From contig NC_059427.1 in NCBI RefSeq assembly GCF_021028975.2, positions 121,582,001-121,646,000 of the forward strand: 64,000 bases of DNA, given 5' to 3'. Made by a program: the position numbers and the translations under genes. Below are positions 25,950 to 36,426 of this stretch, piece by piece (within the stretch, counting starts at the first letter, position 1; every line of letters starts with the position of its first letter). This DNA comes from Sphaerodactylus townsendi. Taxonomy: Eukaryota. Below the pieces are notes generated by a model. That model saw nothing but the letters and a program-made list of their open reading frames with translations, was not told the DNA's origin and did no database searches.

Positions 25950-28900
25950 ATGGCTGGTCGAAGAGCTACTTTGAAAGCAATAGATTGGATGGCATTTGCT
26001 GAACGAGTGCCTCCCAATCAGAAACCTATGTTCAATGCCCTGAAAACACGCAGTGATGCACTTTCAGCCAAGTGAGTATTTTCTAAGTGTAAGAAGTGCA
26101 CCGTGTGGGAGGAAGACCTTTTTCCTGACAAATGCTTCTTTCTATTTGGGGCAGGAGGTTTCAAGCTTTGCCTTATTTGTGGTATTAATTTTTGCTAGAA
26201 AGAATTATGTTTTGTAGAGATTCCTTTGACTACAGCAGTGTTCAATGGATCTAAATCTCATATTTCGCAAAATATTTAGTTTAAGATGTGGGCTCCATTT
26301 TTTGTTCATGAAGTAGTTGGTTGACTTACTGAAATGGACAGATGTAAATAAGAGTACTGTCTTTTGTTCTCTTTGGCAACTTCATTATACCCTTTCTTTG
26401 GCTTAAACACCTATATGCTCCCCATAGTTGTGATAAAACTGGTCTTAATGAAATATTAATGACCTGTGTAACCAATTTGGTATCTTAAAGCTATGGGGTT
26501 GCTATAAGTCAGGTGTGACTGGATAGCACTTTACACACACATGTTAAAGCTGCATTCTGAAAACTATGATTGAAATACAGCATATTATATGTGCTTTTCC
26601 TTTATAGCTACTGAAGTTCAATTATTTGTTTTACATTTTAACTTAAAGTCCTTTAGCACAGTTGTCCTCTTTTTTTGAGACAGTTAGCTAAATGCAAGCT
26701 CATTTGTTTAGTTAAAATATTTATGTCTTGCTGTTCCTGTTTAGCACAAGGCAGATTACAAACATAACCTCGAAGCCAAGCACTAGTCTTATGCCTTCAC
26801 CTTTCTTTTTTTTTTCTTGGAGCCTCCATTTGGAGACATATTCTTGAGAAGCCTATGACAACTTATGCCTGTTGGAAAAGGGCAGTCTTGTGTACCTTAA
26901 GAAAAAGCCATCAAATGATGCCTTACAAACTACTAGCAGAACACTCTTTCAGATTTTTATTTTACGTCATTTATACCCTGCCTTTTTCCCAATGGGGGCC
27001 CAAAGTGGTTTACATAATTTTATTTTTCTCATGATAACTTTGTGATGTAGCTTAGTCTGAGAGTGTGTGACTGGCTTCAGATTATCTAGCAAACTTCCAA
27101 GACAGAGGGGGGTTTCAGACCTTGGTCACCCAGATCCTAGTTTGACATCCTTATCACCATGCTGGTTGACTTTCCAGAGCAATGTTCAGAAAAACACCGG
27201 AATGTACCACATTTGGTTGTGTGTGAAAAATTAAATCTTAGCTGCTCACTACTTGTTGATTATTTCAAGCAGGTCCTTACAAAGTTCACTCGTGACTTGT
27301 TGAATATCTGGCAGCGTTAGCAACTTTAACTAGCTACTGTTAGGATGTGTTACAAGAATGGCGATTAGGTGCAGAACTAAAAATAGCCTAAAATTTCTAA
27401 CAGTAAAGTGTACTTTTCCTATTAACAGGCTTACTACTTTGCCAGAATCTCCTCCAGCCATAGACTGGGCTTTTTACAAAACTGCAATAGCCAGACCTGG
27501 CATGGTGGATGAATTTGAGCAGAAGGTGAGCCTGTGTTGTAATATTTGATTGCTTTAAATGTTCGAGAATCTCATTGAGGGCTGTTTGTGCATGAATCAA
27601 GTCCAGAATTCACACTGATTGGAATGCTATTTTCCAGCAGGGTTATGTACTTGTGGGAAATGTCCTGTAGCGTTTTGTTTCCGGCCATAGGCACCAGAGG
27701 ATTCTCTTGTGTTAAAATGTTCTGTCCATCCTCAGCACTGTGCCTGTTGTTACGGGAAGGGAATGTAGTTATGCACCCTTTCGTGTTCTTCTAAGACTAG
27801 AGTTATACAACTTTTAAACTTTTTTAAATTAAAAAATTATTAATTTTCCACCCAAAAACAACAAAAAACCCTTTGCAGTGATGCAGTGGTTAAGAGCAGG
27901 TGCGTTCTAATCTGGAGGAACCGGGTTTGATCCCGCACTCTGTTGCTTGACCTGTGGAGGCTTATCTGGGGAATTCAGATTAGCCTGTGCACTCCCACAC
28001 ACATCAGCTGGGTGACCTTGGGCTAGTCACAGCTTTTCAGAGCTCTTTCAGCCCCACCCACCTCACAGGGTGTTTGTTGTGAGGGGGGAAGGGCAAGGAG
28101 ATTGTAAGCCCCTTTGAGTCTTCTACAGGAGAGAAAGGGGGGATATAAATCCAAACTCTTCTTCTTTCAGAATACAAATCTAGAAACAATATAACAAAAC
28201 AAAACAAAATTACATAAAGTTGAAACAGGGTATTGACAAAGGGCTTGGTATTGAACACACTCCCATTTATCTTAATCACAGATAAGAGAGGAATTCATTA
28301 ATGGCATTAGGGATTTAAACAAACACTTTATGTATTTAAGGAACGTCAGGATGATTTGTTACAAGGGCTGGATATGATCTAAATGTAACTTGATTGGTCT
28401 GGGGCTAATGAGCCCCCAGTAGGCTTGTCGACCACAGTATGGTCATCAGCTCAGAACAGCACTGGGGGAGGTGGTCAGCACTGGAGGGGGGTGGCTGCCT
28501 GAGCTGGTGAACTCAGTGGTGGTGAACCTATGGCACTCCAGATGTTCATGCACTACAATTCCCATCAGCCCCTGACCACCAATTGGCCATGCTGTCAGGG
28601 GCTGATGGGAATTGTAGTGCATGAACATCTGGAGTGCCATAGGTTCACCCCCACGGGGCTCGATCATGACTGGGAAGAATTGGTCAGCACGTGGGGAGGG
28701 AGCTGCCTCAGCCTGGTGAGCCCACAGCAGCCTCGCTAGCCCAGATCAGCAGGGGTGAGATGGCATGGGGGGAGAAGGCCACCACAGCTGGAAGTCCCAC
28801 AGCAGAAACACCAGGCCAGGCGCATATGGGGAAGGTGGTCAGTATGGAGGGTGGGGGGGAGATTGCCTTAGCTTAGTTGGTGAGCTCATAGCAGGCTTGT

Positions 28901-31326
28901 GAGTCCAGATCAGCATTGGGAGAGTGGCTGCCTCAGCTGGCGAGCTTGCTGCGAACTTCCCAGCTCAGATTGCTGTGGAGCGTGGCTCACCAAACCAAAT
29001 CGGGGGTGGGGTTGGTGCCTGAACTTATTGTCTGGATCTTATTATTAATCTTTATTGTTGCTTTTTTTCTTTTTAAACTATCACTGGTGGTTTGAAAGTT
29101 GTAACTTAGGTGCTGTTAAAGTGTCTTTAATATTACCAGTAAATCTCTATGTGCAATGTACATTAATGATCGAAACTGTACCTCCCTTATATCTGGGTGT
29201 TTCTTACCACATACCTAGTAAAAAACAGCTTATATATTTGAAGTTTGGTTAGCCAGGGGAGGATTGCTGAATGAGCAATTATTGTTTCTATACTAATACA
29301 ATTCTAAGGTGTTTCTAACTTGCTTTCACGATACAAGTTAACAGCGAAACAACAGATCTTGTCTCCTTTTATAAATAAATCCACATGATTTTGTCTAAGG
29401 TTATTGCCTGGCTAGCCTTAATAGTTTAGTTTAGATTTCAAGTTCCTAGTCTCATGGCTGGTTTGACAATGAGCCACTAAGTGCAGCTTAGATGAAGTTT
29501 GGTTCATGTATTAGGGCCGTGGTGGTGAACTGTACTAGGGTGAGCAATCCTCGCATTTTCCGTCTTGGATCTTCAGGTTTAATGACTGTATCTGGAACTG
29601 TACTCTATAATATTAATAGATGAGTTGCTTGAGAAAAGCTAACTCATGGCAAGTATCTCTGATCTCTCTTCTTACAGTATAAGGCAGTCAAGGTTCCTGA
29701 GCCTGTGGATAATCAGACAGCTAAAATCGAAGCCCAAGAACAAGAGGCTGTAAGTAGTTTTGCCCAGCTGTGTGGCATTTCTTGAGTATATGCAGATGAC
29801 TTGCACAGTAAAGGGAACTACTAGAAAGCTGTATTGAGCTATAACTTTTGGTTACAATTTTCTGTACATTGCATCGTGGGAGAACAGCTTGGGCATAATT
29901 GTCAGCTCATAGTTTGTCATAATCTGTTAGTTGTGGGAGAGAAAATATGTGGACTTTTTTTGACCAGTGCTAAATTCTCTGGAAATGTAAAGTTACAAAT
30001 TGAGTATGTTTTTGTTGGAGAAAATAGTAGAGACCTCTCACTATCTTCCGACGAACCTCACATCATTTGATAAAGCTAATTAGGGTGGGTAGAAGGAAGA
30101 AAGCTAAGTGCTCTACAACCATTTGAAATTGGCAAAAAGCAGCAACAAAAATTCAATGACTACAGCCCACTATAATACTTGAAATGGCTGTAACACTCCA
30201 ATTACACACAAGGTTCAGCAGTGATAGAAAGAGACCCAGTAAAACCCACAGACTAGAAAGCCTGACTTGAAAACAATTTACAGGTTTAACCCTCTTCAAA
30301 GGCCCATTGGAAGGCTTTACTGGCTTCCTAAGGCCATCACTGAAAAGACATTAGTTCTGGAATATTTACTGTATTCATTGTAATATTGAATGTAATATTG
30401 AATGTGTATCCCTGATACCTTCACTATATGGAATTTGCAGATATTAAAGGCTGCAGTTTTGCAAGTGAGTTTATCTGGCTTACTGCAGCTTGTTTTCTTA
30501 ATTGTTCATCAAAAATGTCATGGTGAAATCTGAACCAAAGTTCAGCCTCCTTGGCATCTTCAGCATTCTAGAGTTTTATCAATATGCTGACTGGATAATT
30601 TACTTCCTTACAGAACAAGAGTGCTGCTTCCTATACAGAAGCCTCAAAAGCTCGTATTGTGCAGTATGAAAAGGAGGTACGCTGGTGGTTTTCATGATAC
30701 AAACAGGCTGCTGCATAAGTTTGTGCTGTCTTTCTGCCAGTGGGAATGGATCCAGCAATCTGTCAGCAAAAATTGCTGGTGGATGGGGATCTGCACTGCA
30801 CTCCTTCACATACATACACACACCAAGAAGCCCCTTTGGTCTCCAGAAAAGTTAATTAATTGGGGCTGCAGGACCTGAACAAATGGACAAATCTGCTGCT
30901 GGTCAGAAGGTGCACTATGGAGGGAAAAGAGGCTAAAACTGCCCCCTCTTTCCTCTTCTGGTGGTAGAGTTTGTGTGTGTGTGTGAATGGGGAGGGGGAT
31001 TTTGCTTTCTTCCCCCTCCTCAGTTTTTAACCCCAGCTTGTGCAGCTGTTAATATATGTGGCTCCCACTGAGAGAATGCAGCAAACATCTGCACTTCCTG
31101 TACCTGGGCATCACTGGATCCAATCAAATAAGTTACGTGTTTAGTATTTGTCTTTATGAACTAATGGCTTGTTGTTCTTTCTTCTTCTTTCAAGCTCCGT
31201 AAGTTAAAAAGCATGATTCCTTTTGACCAGATGACATTTGAGGATTACAATGAGGCATTTCCTGAAACTAAACTGGATAAAGAAAAATATCCATATTGGC
31301 CACACAGACCCATTGCGGACTTGTGA
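25950..31326 (+). CDS. ATP5PD: Mitochondrial ATP synthase peripheral stalk subunit d, 161 aa
   Basis: Exons 25950-26071, 27429-27525, 29678-29749, 30614-30676, 31195-31326 (122+97+72+63+132=486 nt), all GT-AG. Protein MAGRRATLKAIDWMAFAERVPPNQK...LPESPPAIDWAFYK...MIPFDQMT...KYPYWPHRPIADL*; AATAAA at 31380-31385. Confidence 0.97.
27875..28167 (+). mobile_element. tRNA-derived squamate SINE (Squam3-like)
   Basis: A box gcagtggttaagag, B box gggtttgatccc, tail tcttcttct; matches 2362-2630. Confidence 0.78.
28514..28656. mobile_element. Palindromic hAT MITE (URR1-like)
   Basis: Hairpin, same family as 14966-15111. Confidence 0.8.
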
Positions 31327-31899
31327 AACCTTTGTGTCTGGAAGCACTCTGTGATGATGGTCAGATATAGAATCTGTTAAATAAAATAATTGTATTGGAG
31401 TATTTGTATCTTTCCGTATTCTATCCACTACACCCCAAGTGATCTTCCCTCCCAGAGCCTCATCCAAAGGTGGTGGTGGGGAATCTGCCTGTGGGAGCAG
31501 AGTGGTACTGCACTGGTGGATTTGTACTTCCTGGGGCACTTGCCCCAGTAGAGGGGGCTGATTTGCTGATGTGCCGCCGCTGTGGCTCTCCTCAGTGGTG
31601 GGATGCAGTGCTGGATGCTGCATCAGCATCCCTGCATCCCTACCACTGGTGTAGCGGGATGGTCTGGGGCATGGCTGGGGAGTAGCCAACAATAGTTGGC
31701 TTCCTCCTGGCCATTTGCCCCATAGTGCTGGCAGCCAGGGCTGCCGACCTACACTGCCAAAAAGGTAGCTTAATTCTATTAATTCCAACAGAGACTTCCT
31801 GGTGGCAGGGAGGCCTTTTGGCATTTTAAGCCTCCCTGTGCCACTGGGAAGCCTCTGTGGGAGCACCAGCTCAGCACAACTGTGACTCCACAGCCAGGA

Positions 31900-32235
31900 G
31901 CCTAGCATCTTGAATGGGGTTGTCAGTTTCTACCAGTTCAGCCTTCATCAGGATGTATTTAAACCTGGGACTAACATGCCGCTGTGGATCACCTTACACT
32001 TAACCACATCAAACTTAGCTACTACACTTCTCACCCCACCCATCAAATTCCAAATCATTTTTGAAAAAATTAGAGACTGTGTCCTAATACTGAACCTTGC
32101 GGGTAACCCTTCTCATTTTCCTTCAGTGTAAGAACTGTCCATTTATTCTTACTCCCAAATTTCTGCTAGTTAATAAGTTTTTAATCCATAAAAGGAGCTT
32201 TTGGAATAGTACCTTGTCAAAAGCCTTCTGTGAAA
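31900..32235 (-). mobile_element. Old CR1 reverse-transcriptase fragment
   Basis: accttgtcaaaagccttctg (QKAFDKV on minus) and aaacttagctactacacttctcacccc align with the young CR1 at 61150-61410. Confidence 0.6.
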
Positions 32236-33589
32236 GATTGGTGAGGCAGGAGTTTCATAGAGGGTGAGCTGATTTTTCCTTGAAATCTCTTGGTATGAGT
32301 CTGGAAAAGAAATACACAGAAGCAGCCAAAAGAACACACCATCCTTATCTTTCCTTTTTAGAGATTTCAAGCCACCTAAAAGTTCATTGCTGATAGTGTA
32401 ATGTGGGAAATGTTACAGATGTCAGAGGGATTCCAAGACACAAAGTAATTTCTCCAGCCAACTATACATTGGTGCTCTGCCCCACAGTGAAGATATGTTT
32501 CCTTCAGGGCAGAGTTTTGATTGTAGACATGCTCATTCTTACTGTGTGGCAGATCCCAGAAGCCCCGCAATTCCTGAGAGCAGGAAAACTCCAGTGTTTT
32601 CCCTGGCTTCAGGGTTTCTGCTACTCTCTATCTTCCCCTGTGCACTCCTTGCAAGGCATTTCCAGGAAACTGATGGGCAGCTTTTTTAAAAACAACAACT
32701 ACTAAAATTAATGTTAACGTGCCATTGTAGCAGGGATGGCACAATAGAATGATTTTAAAAATTAAAGGATTTTTTTTGGGGGAAAGTGGGAATCTAGCAA
32801 GTAACTGGAAATGACCCGGAAGTGGGAGCAGGCAAAATGACTGCAAGTTGCACAGTAGGCAGTGGGATACTTCCTTGTGTGTAAACAGAGAAATGCAAGG
32901 AGACCAATTATGAGCTAAAAGCTTTAGGGAAATGCATAATGGGCCTCCATTTCTAAGTACTGATGTGGAGAGAAAAAAATAAATGTAAAACAAATTCTCT
33001 AACCCTCCTAAATTATATGGTAAAAATGACCCATACCTCAAACAAGCCCAAAGTTAGTTATCACCTGCAAAGTTTCTACTTGCAAAAAAGGAGATAAATA
33101 AAAGGGGCACAATCCACCCAAAGTTAAGTACATATAAGTCTTATTGATTTCATGTCACCTCAGTGGGACATAAAAACTCTGCTTTGGCCAGGATTGTGAC
33201 CTTTTCCCCTCTTCATAATTGACGTTGAGAGACAAGTTAGTCAAGGATGTTTGTTTACTTACCACTTCCATGCTTTAGATCAGAGTGAAATCCAACTTGA
33301 CTTCTAAAGGTTCTTTCCATTTCTTCTCAGGTCTGGTATATAAAAGGAGTTTATTGCCATTAGAAATGTTCAAACGTTGAGCCTCATAGAGTTATATGCA
33401 GTTTTGTTCCAGAACAGTCCTGGTAAAGTATAAAATGAAAAGAAGAGATGTTATCCCAACCACTGCAGTCAGTACTATCTACTTTCCACCTCCTATTGGT
33501 GGCAAAATATGAACTAAAAATAATTGGCCTCTTTTCACAGACTAACCACCCTTGTTCCATCATTATGGAAAAGTAACCTGCTTTTGCCC

Positions 33590-33801
33590 GGAACCAATTC
33601 AGTTTGTCCTAACCTGGATGGCCCAGGACACAGGATTGGCCCTGGATAGTAATTGGATGGGAGACCACCAAGGCATACCAGAGTCTCTATGCAAAGGAAG
33701 GCAATGGCAAACCACCTCTGTCCATCTCTTGCCTTGAAAACCATACAGGGTCACCGTAAATTGGTTGTGACTTGAAAGCACTTTACACACACACACACAC
33801 A
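33590..33801 (+). mobile_element. 5S-rRNA-derived SINE with RTE/BovB-type tail
   Basis: 5S-like tggatgggagacc; tail gaaggcaatggcaaaccacctc...ttgccttgaaaacc and (CA)n. Confidence 0.65.
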
Positions 33802-33822
33802 ATTTCAGTTGAGCAGCATATT

Positions 33823-34063
33823 TAAAAGGCTTGGACAGATTTATGGAGGAGAAGTCGACCTATAGCTACCAATCTTGATCCTCCTTGATCTGAGACTGCA
33901 AATGCCTTGGCAGACCAGGTGCTCAGGAGCAGCAGCAGCAGAAGGCCCTTGCTTTCACATCCTGCATGTGAGCTCCCAAAGGCATCTGGTGGGCCACTGC
34001 GAGTAGCAGAATGCTGGACTAGATGGACTCTGGTCTGATCCAGCAGACTTTCTTATGTTCTTA
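33823..34063 (+). mobile_element. 5'-truncated CR1 3' end
   Basis: Near-identical to the reverse complement of 59836-60080; ends ttcttatgttcttat. Confidence 0.85.
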
Positions 34064-35257
34064 TATTTGCTTAAGAACAAACTACTGTGAATCTTATCTG
34101 AAAACAGAGCAAAAAATATACAAGAGATGAAAGATTTCCAGATTTCTTCTTCTACGCTTGAGAAATTTAAAAAAACCTACTAGCATCTCTCTCTGGAGTG
34201 TCTGATAGAGAACAGCAGTGGACTGGGTTGCAGAGATCAGGCGTACTTAGGATATGGTCAGCATCAAGCATCATGGCAACAACCCACCCCTTTCAAACTC
34301 TTTCATGCTTACTCAGAAGTCCAATAATGGAAAGTAAAGTAGTTCTAAGCATTTTTTTCTCTTTGTGGCAGAAAGGAGATACATGTTCCAAATAATTATT
34401 ACCCTTTCTTCTGTGTCTTCTCAAAAGTTCAGCTGTTTTCATGTACTCTATTCCATTTGCTTGCTTGATCTATTACTTGCGGTAAAACTAAATCACAGAA
34501 GAGAAGGAGCAGGAAAAAGCCAAGAACAGAAGACAGCCTGGGTTGGCAGAACCCCATGTCCCTAATGGAACATTTATGATCCCTCCCAGATCTGACTGCT
34601 TGCGTTTCTGGTGCTGCCATTAATGATTAGAACTGCGCATTATTAATATGAATCTCAAAAAATGCATTATGCTCTCAACGTCTGAGGTTCCCCAGATGAT
34701 AGATAATGGAGAAGGGATGTTACACTTTAGTAAATGTGTGGAAGAAAGTTGGATAAAGTTGCTTAAAGTTGATTTCCTAAAGTTAATTACCTCACATTTA
34801 AAGGCCCAAACAGTCATTTGCATGGTCACATCCTGAAGAGTTACAGGAATTCTGTACAGGAGGATATTTTCTGTGATTTTTCTTGTGGCATTCTGTGGGT
34901 CATCGTAGCCCACTTGATACCATACTTTCTCCTGCATATCTCCTCCTCAGGTCCTGTGGATATCTTCGCTGTGAGTCAAAACAGAATATCATTTGCTTTG
35001 ACAAGTCAGAAGAGATGGTGGGAAACGGTGGTGGAATTCAGCAGATTTGCAGAACCGGTAGTTAAAATTGTGCTTGTAAACAACCAGTTGTTAAATTATT
35101 TGAATCCCACCAACGGAACCGGTTGTTAAATTATTTGAGTCCCAACACTGAATAGCACCAACTCTTCTGACATTCCCCCATCCCCCAAGAGTATCCGTGG
35201 AGGCAGCAGTGATTCTAGAAGGTTCCTTCTGTTCTCGAGCCAATCTACATATACTAG

Positions 35258-35398
35258 GGCTCATTCCACACATGCAGAATAATGCACTTTCAAACTGCTT
35301 TCAGTGCTCTTTGAAGCTGTGCGGAATGGCAAAATCCACTTGCAAACAGTTGTGAAAGTGGTTTGAAAACGTATTATTTTGCGTGTGCGGAAGGGGCC
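35258..35398. mobile_element. Harbinger-like MITE
   Basis: Termini ggctcattcc / ggaaggggcc; a near-identical inverted copy lies at 48698-48838. Confidence 0.7.
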
Positions 35399-36426
35399 TC
35401 AGGGAAATTACATTAAATTAGGCTTGGCAACCTCCAGGTGGAGCCAGGATTACAGAGATGCTTCCATTTTTGTCTTATTCCTCCCAAAATACCAAGGGAG
35501 CAACCTGTTATCATCATTTTAAATGTGCATAACTTTTCTCAGCATTCTGCACAGTCCAACTACATACAAAGTGAGACCTCAAGACTATGGCTTAGGACAT
35601 TTTTCTCCCACACCCTTTCTTCAAAACAATTAACATAGTGAAGACTTCTGGAGAACTCCAACACTGTTTTGCGTCATTTTAACTGGTCTTGATAAGAAGT
35701 ATTATTAAAGGTAGTTTTAATTTGCTTTGAATAAATGTGGTTTCCTGCAATCACTTTGAAGGCAAGATGGTTGCTAGGAGGATAAATAATTAGAACATGG
35801 AGGCCAATGCGTTCAGTTTGCCATAATGCATCATTTTTATTTTCTTTATTACATATTTTCTCATGTCATACATCTAGCATGTTTTTGCAAGTAATTAGGT
35901 TTCTTAAAAGCTTTATTAGGTTCAAAAAGCCCATGCCAAAATTAATTATTGTCCCTTTTAATATCTAATTACTGATTAAAGTTAGACTACTTTTTATATT
36001 CATTTCCCACCTGGGGGGAATCAAATGCAAGACAGCAAAGGGCTCCTGAGCTGTGTCGAAAGGAAAGCTGTGAGGGTGCAGTTTCTGCAGGAGGTTAAGA
36101 GAATAACACCTGCTAAAAAGTGGGCTTTCTTCACAGTAGGATCAATAGCTGAATCTTCCAGTTACTCCTTTCCACTGGGGCAAGATTCCGAATAGAAAAG
36201 AATTGTTGGATATGACCAGGCAGCTTTATTTGTGTTTGCTGCAACTCCAGGGATTGAGGATTGCTTTGGGTTGACTGACACAATATAAGTTTCATGCAGT
36301 TAGGGCTGCTGGTGGGGGGAATAGGGGTACAAAATGCAAGGGTCCTGGTTATCCTGGGGGGTCAGGAAAGGTGCCACTGGAGGCTAGAGATTACAGCTCT
36401 GCATCCAGTGTTTTTTTGCTAGCAAT

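Larger units (their letters stand above)
32349..34352 (-). pseudogene. Decayed third paralogue of the 5-HT3-like Cys-loop receptor (relic exons 1-4)
   Basis: Relic exon 2 at 33419-33263 (157 nt vs 158; ..NCI*LYEAQRLNISNGNKLLLYTRPEKKWKEPLEVKLDFTLI*SMEV). Relic exon 3 at about 33079-33037 (ETLQVIT). Relic exon 4 at 32459-32349 (WRNYFVSWNPSDICNISHITLSAMNF*, +1 frameshift, donor GT>AT). Possible exon 1 at 34352-34313 (MLRTTLLSIIGLL, phase 1, gtaagc). Confidence 0.85.

Noticed and set aside
27875-27950. tRNA genes at SINE heads (also 11776 and 2560-2630)
   Set aside because: No intact cloverleaf; each continues into a SINE body and tail.
31204-31908. 234-aa minus ORF overlapping the ATP5PD last exon
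   Set aside because: No recognisable domain, non-ATG start, and it lies mostly in GC-rich repeat-derived sequence.
32235-32300. Relic exon 5 of the pseudogene after a ttttccag acceptor
   Set aside because: Similarity to exon 5 is too weak and it runs directly into CR1 sequence.
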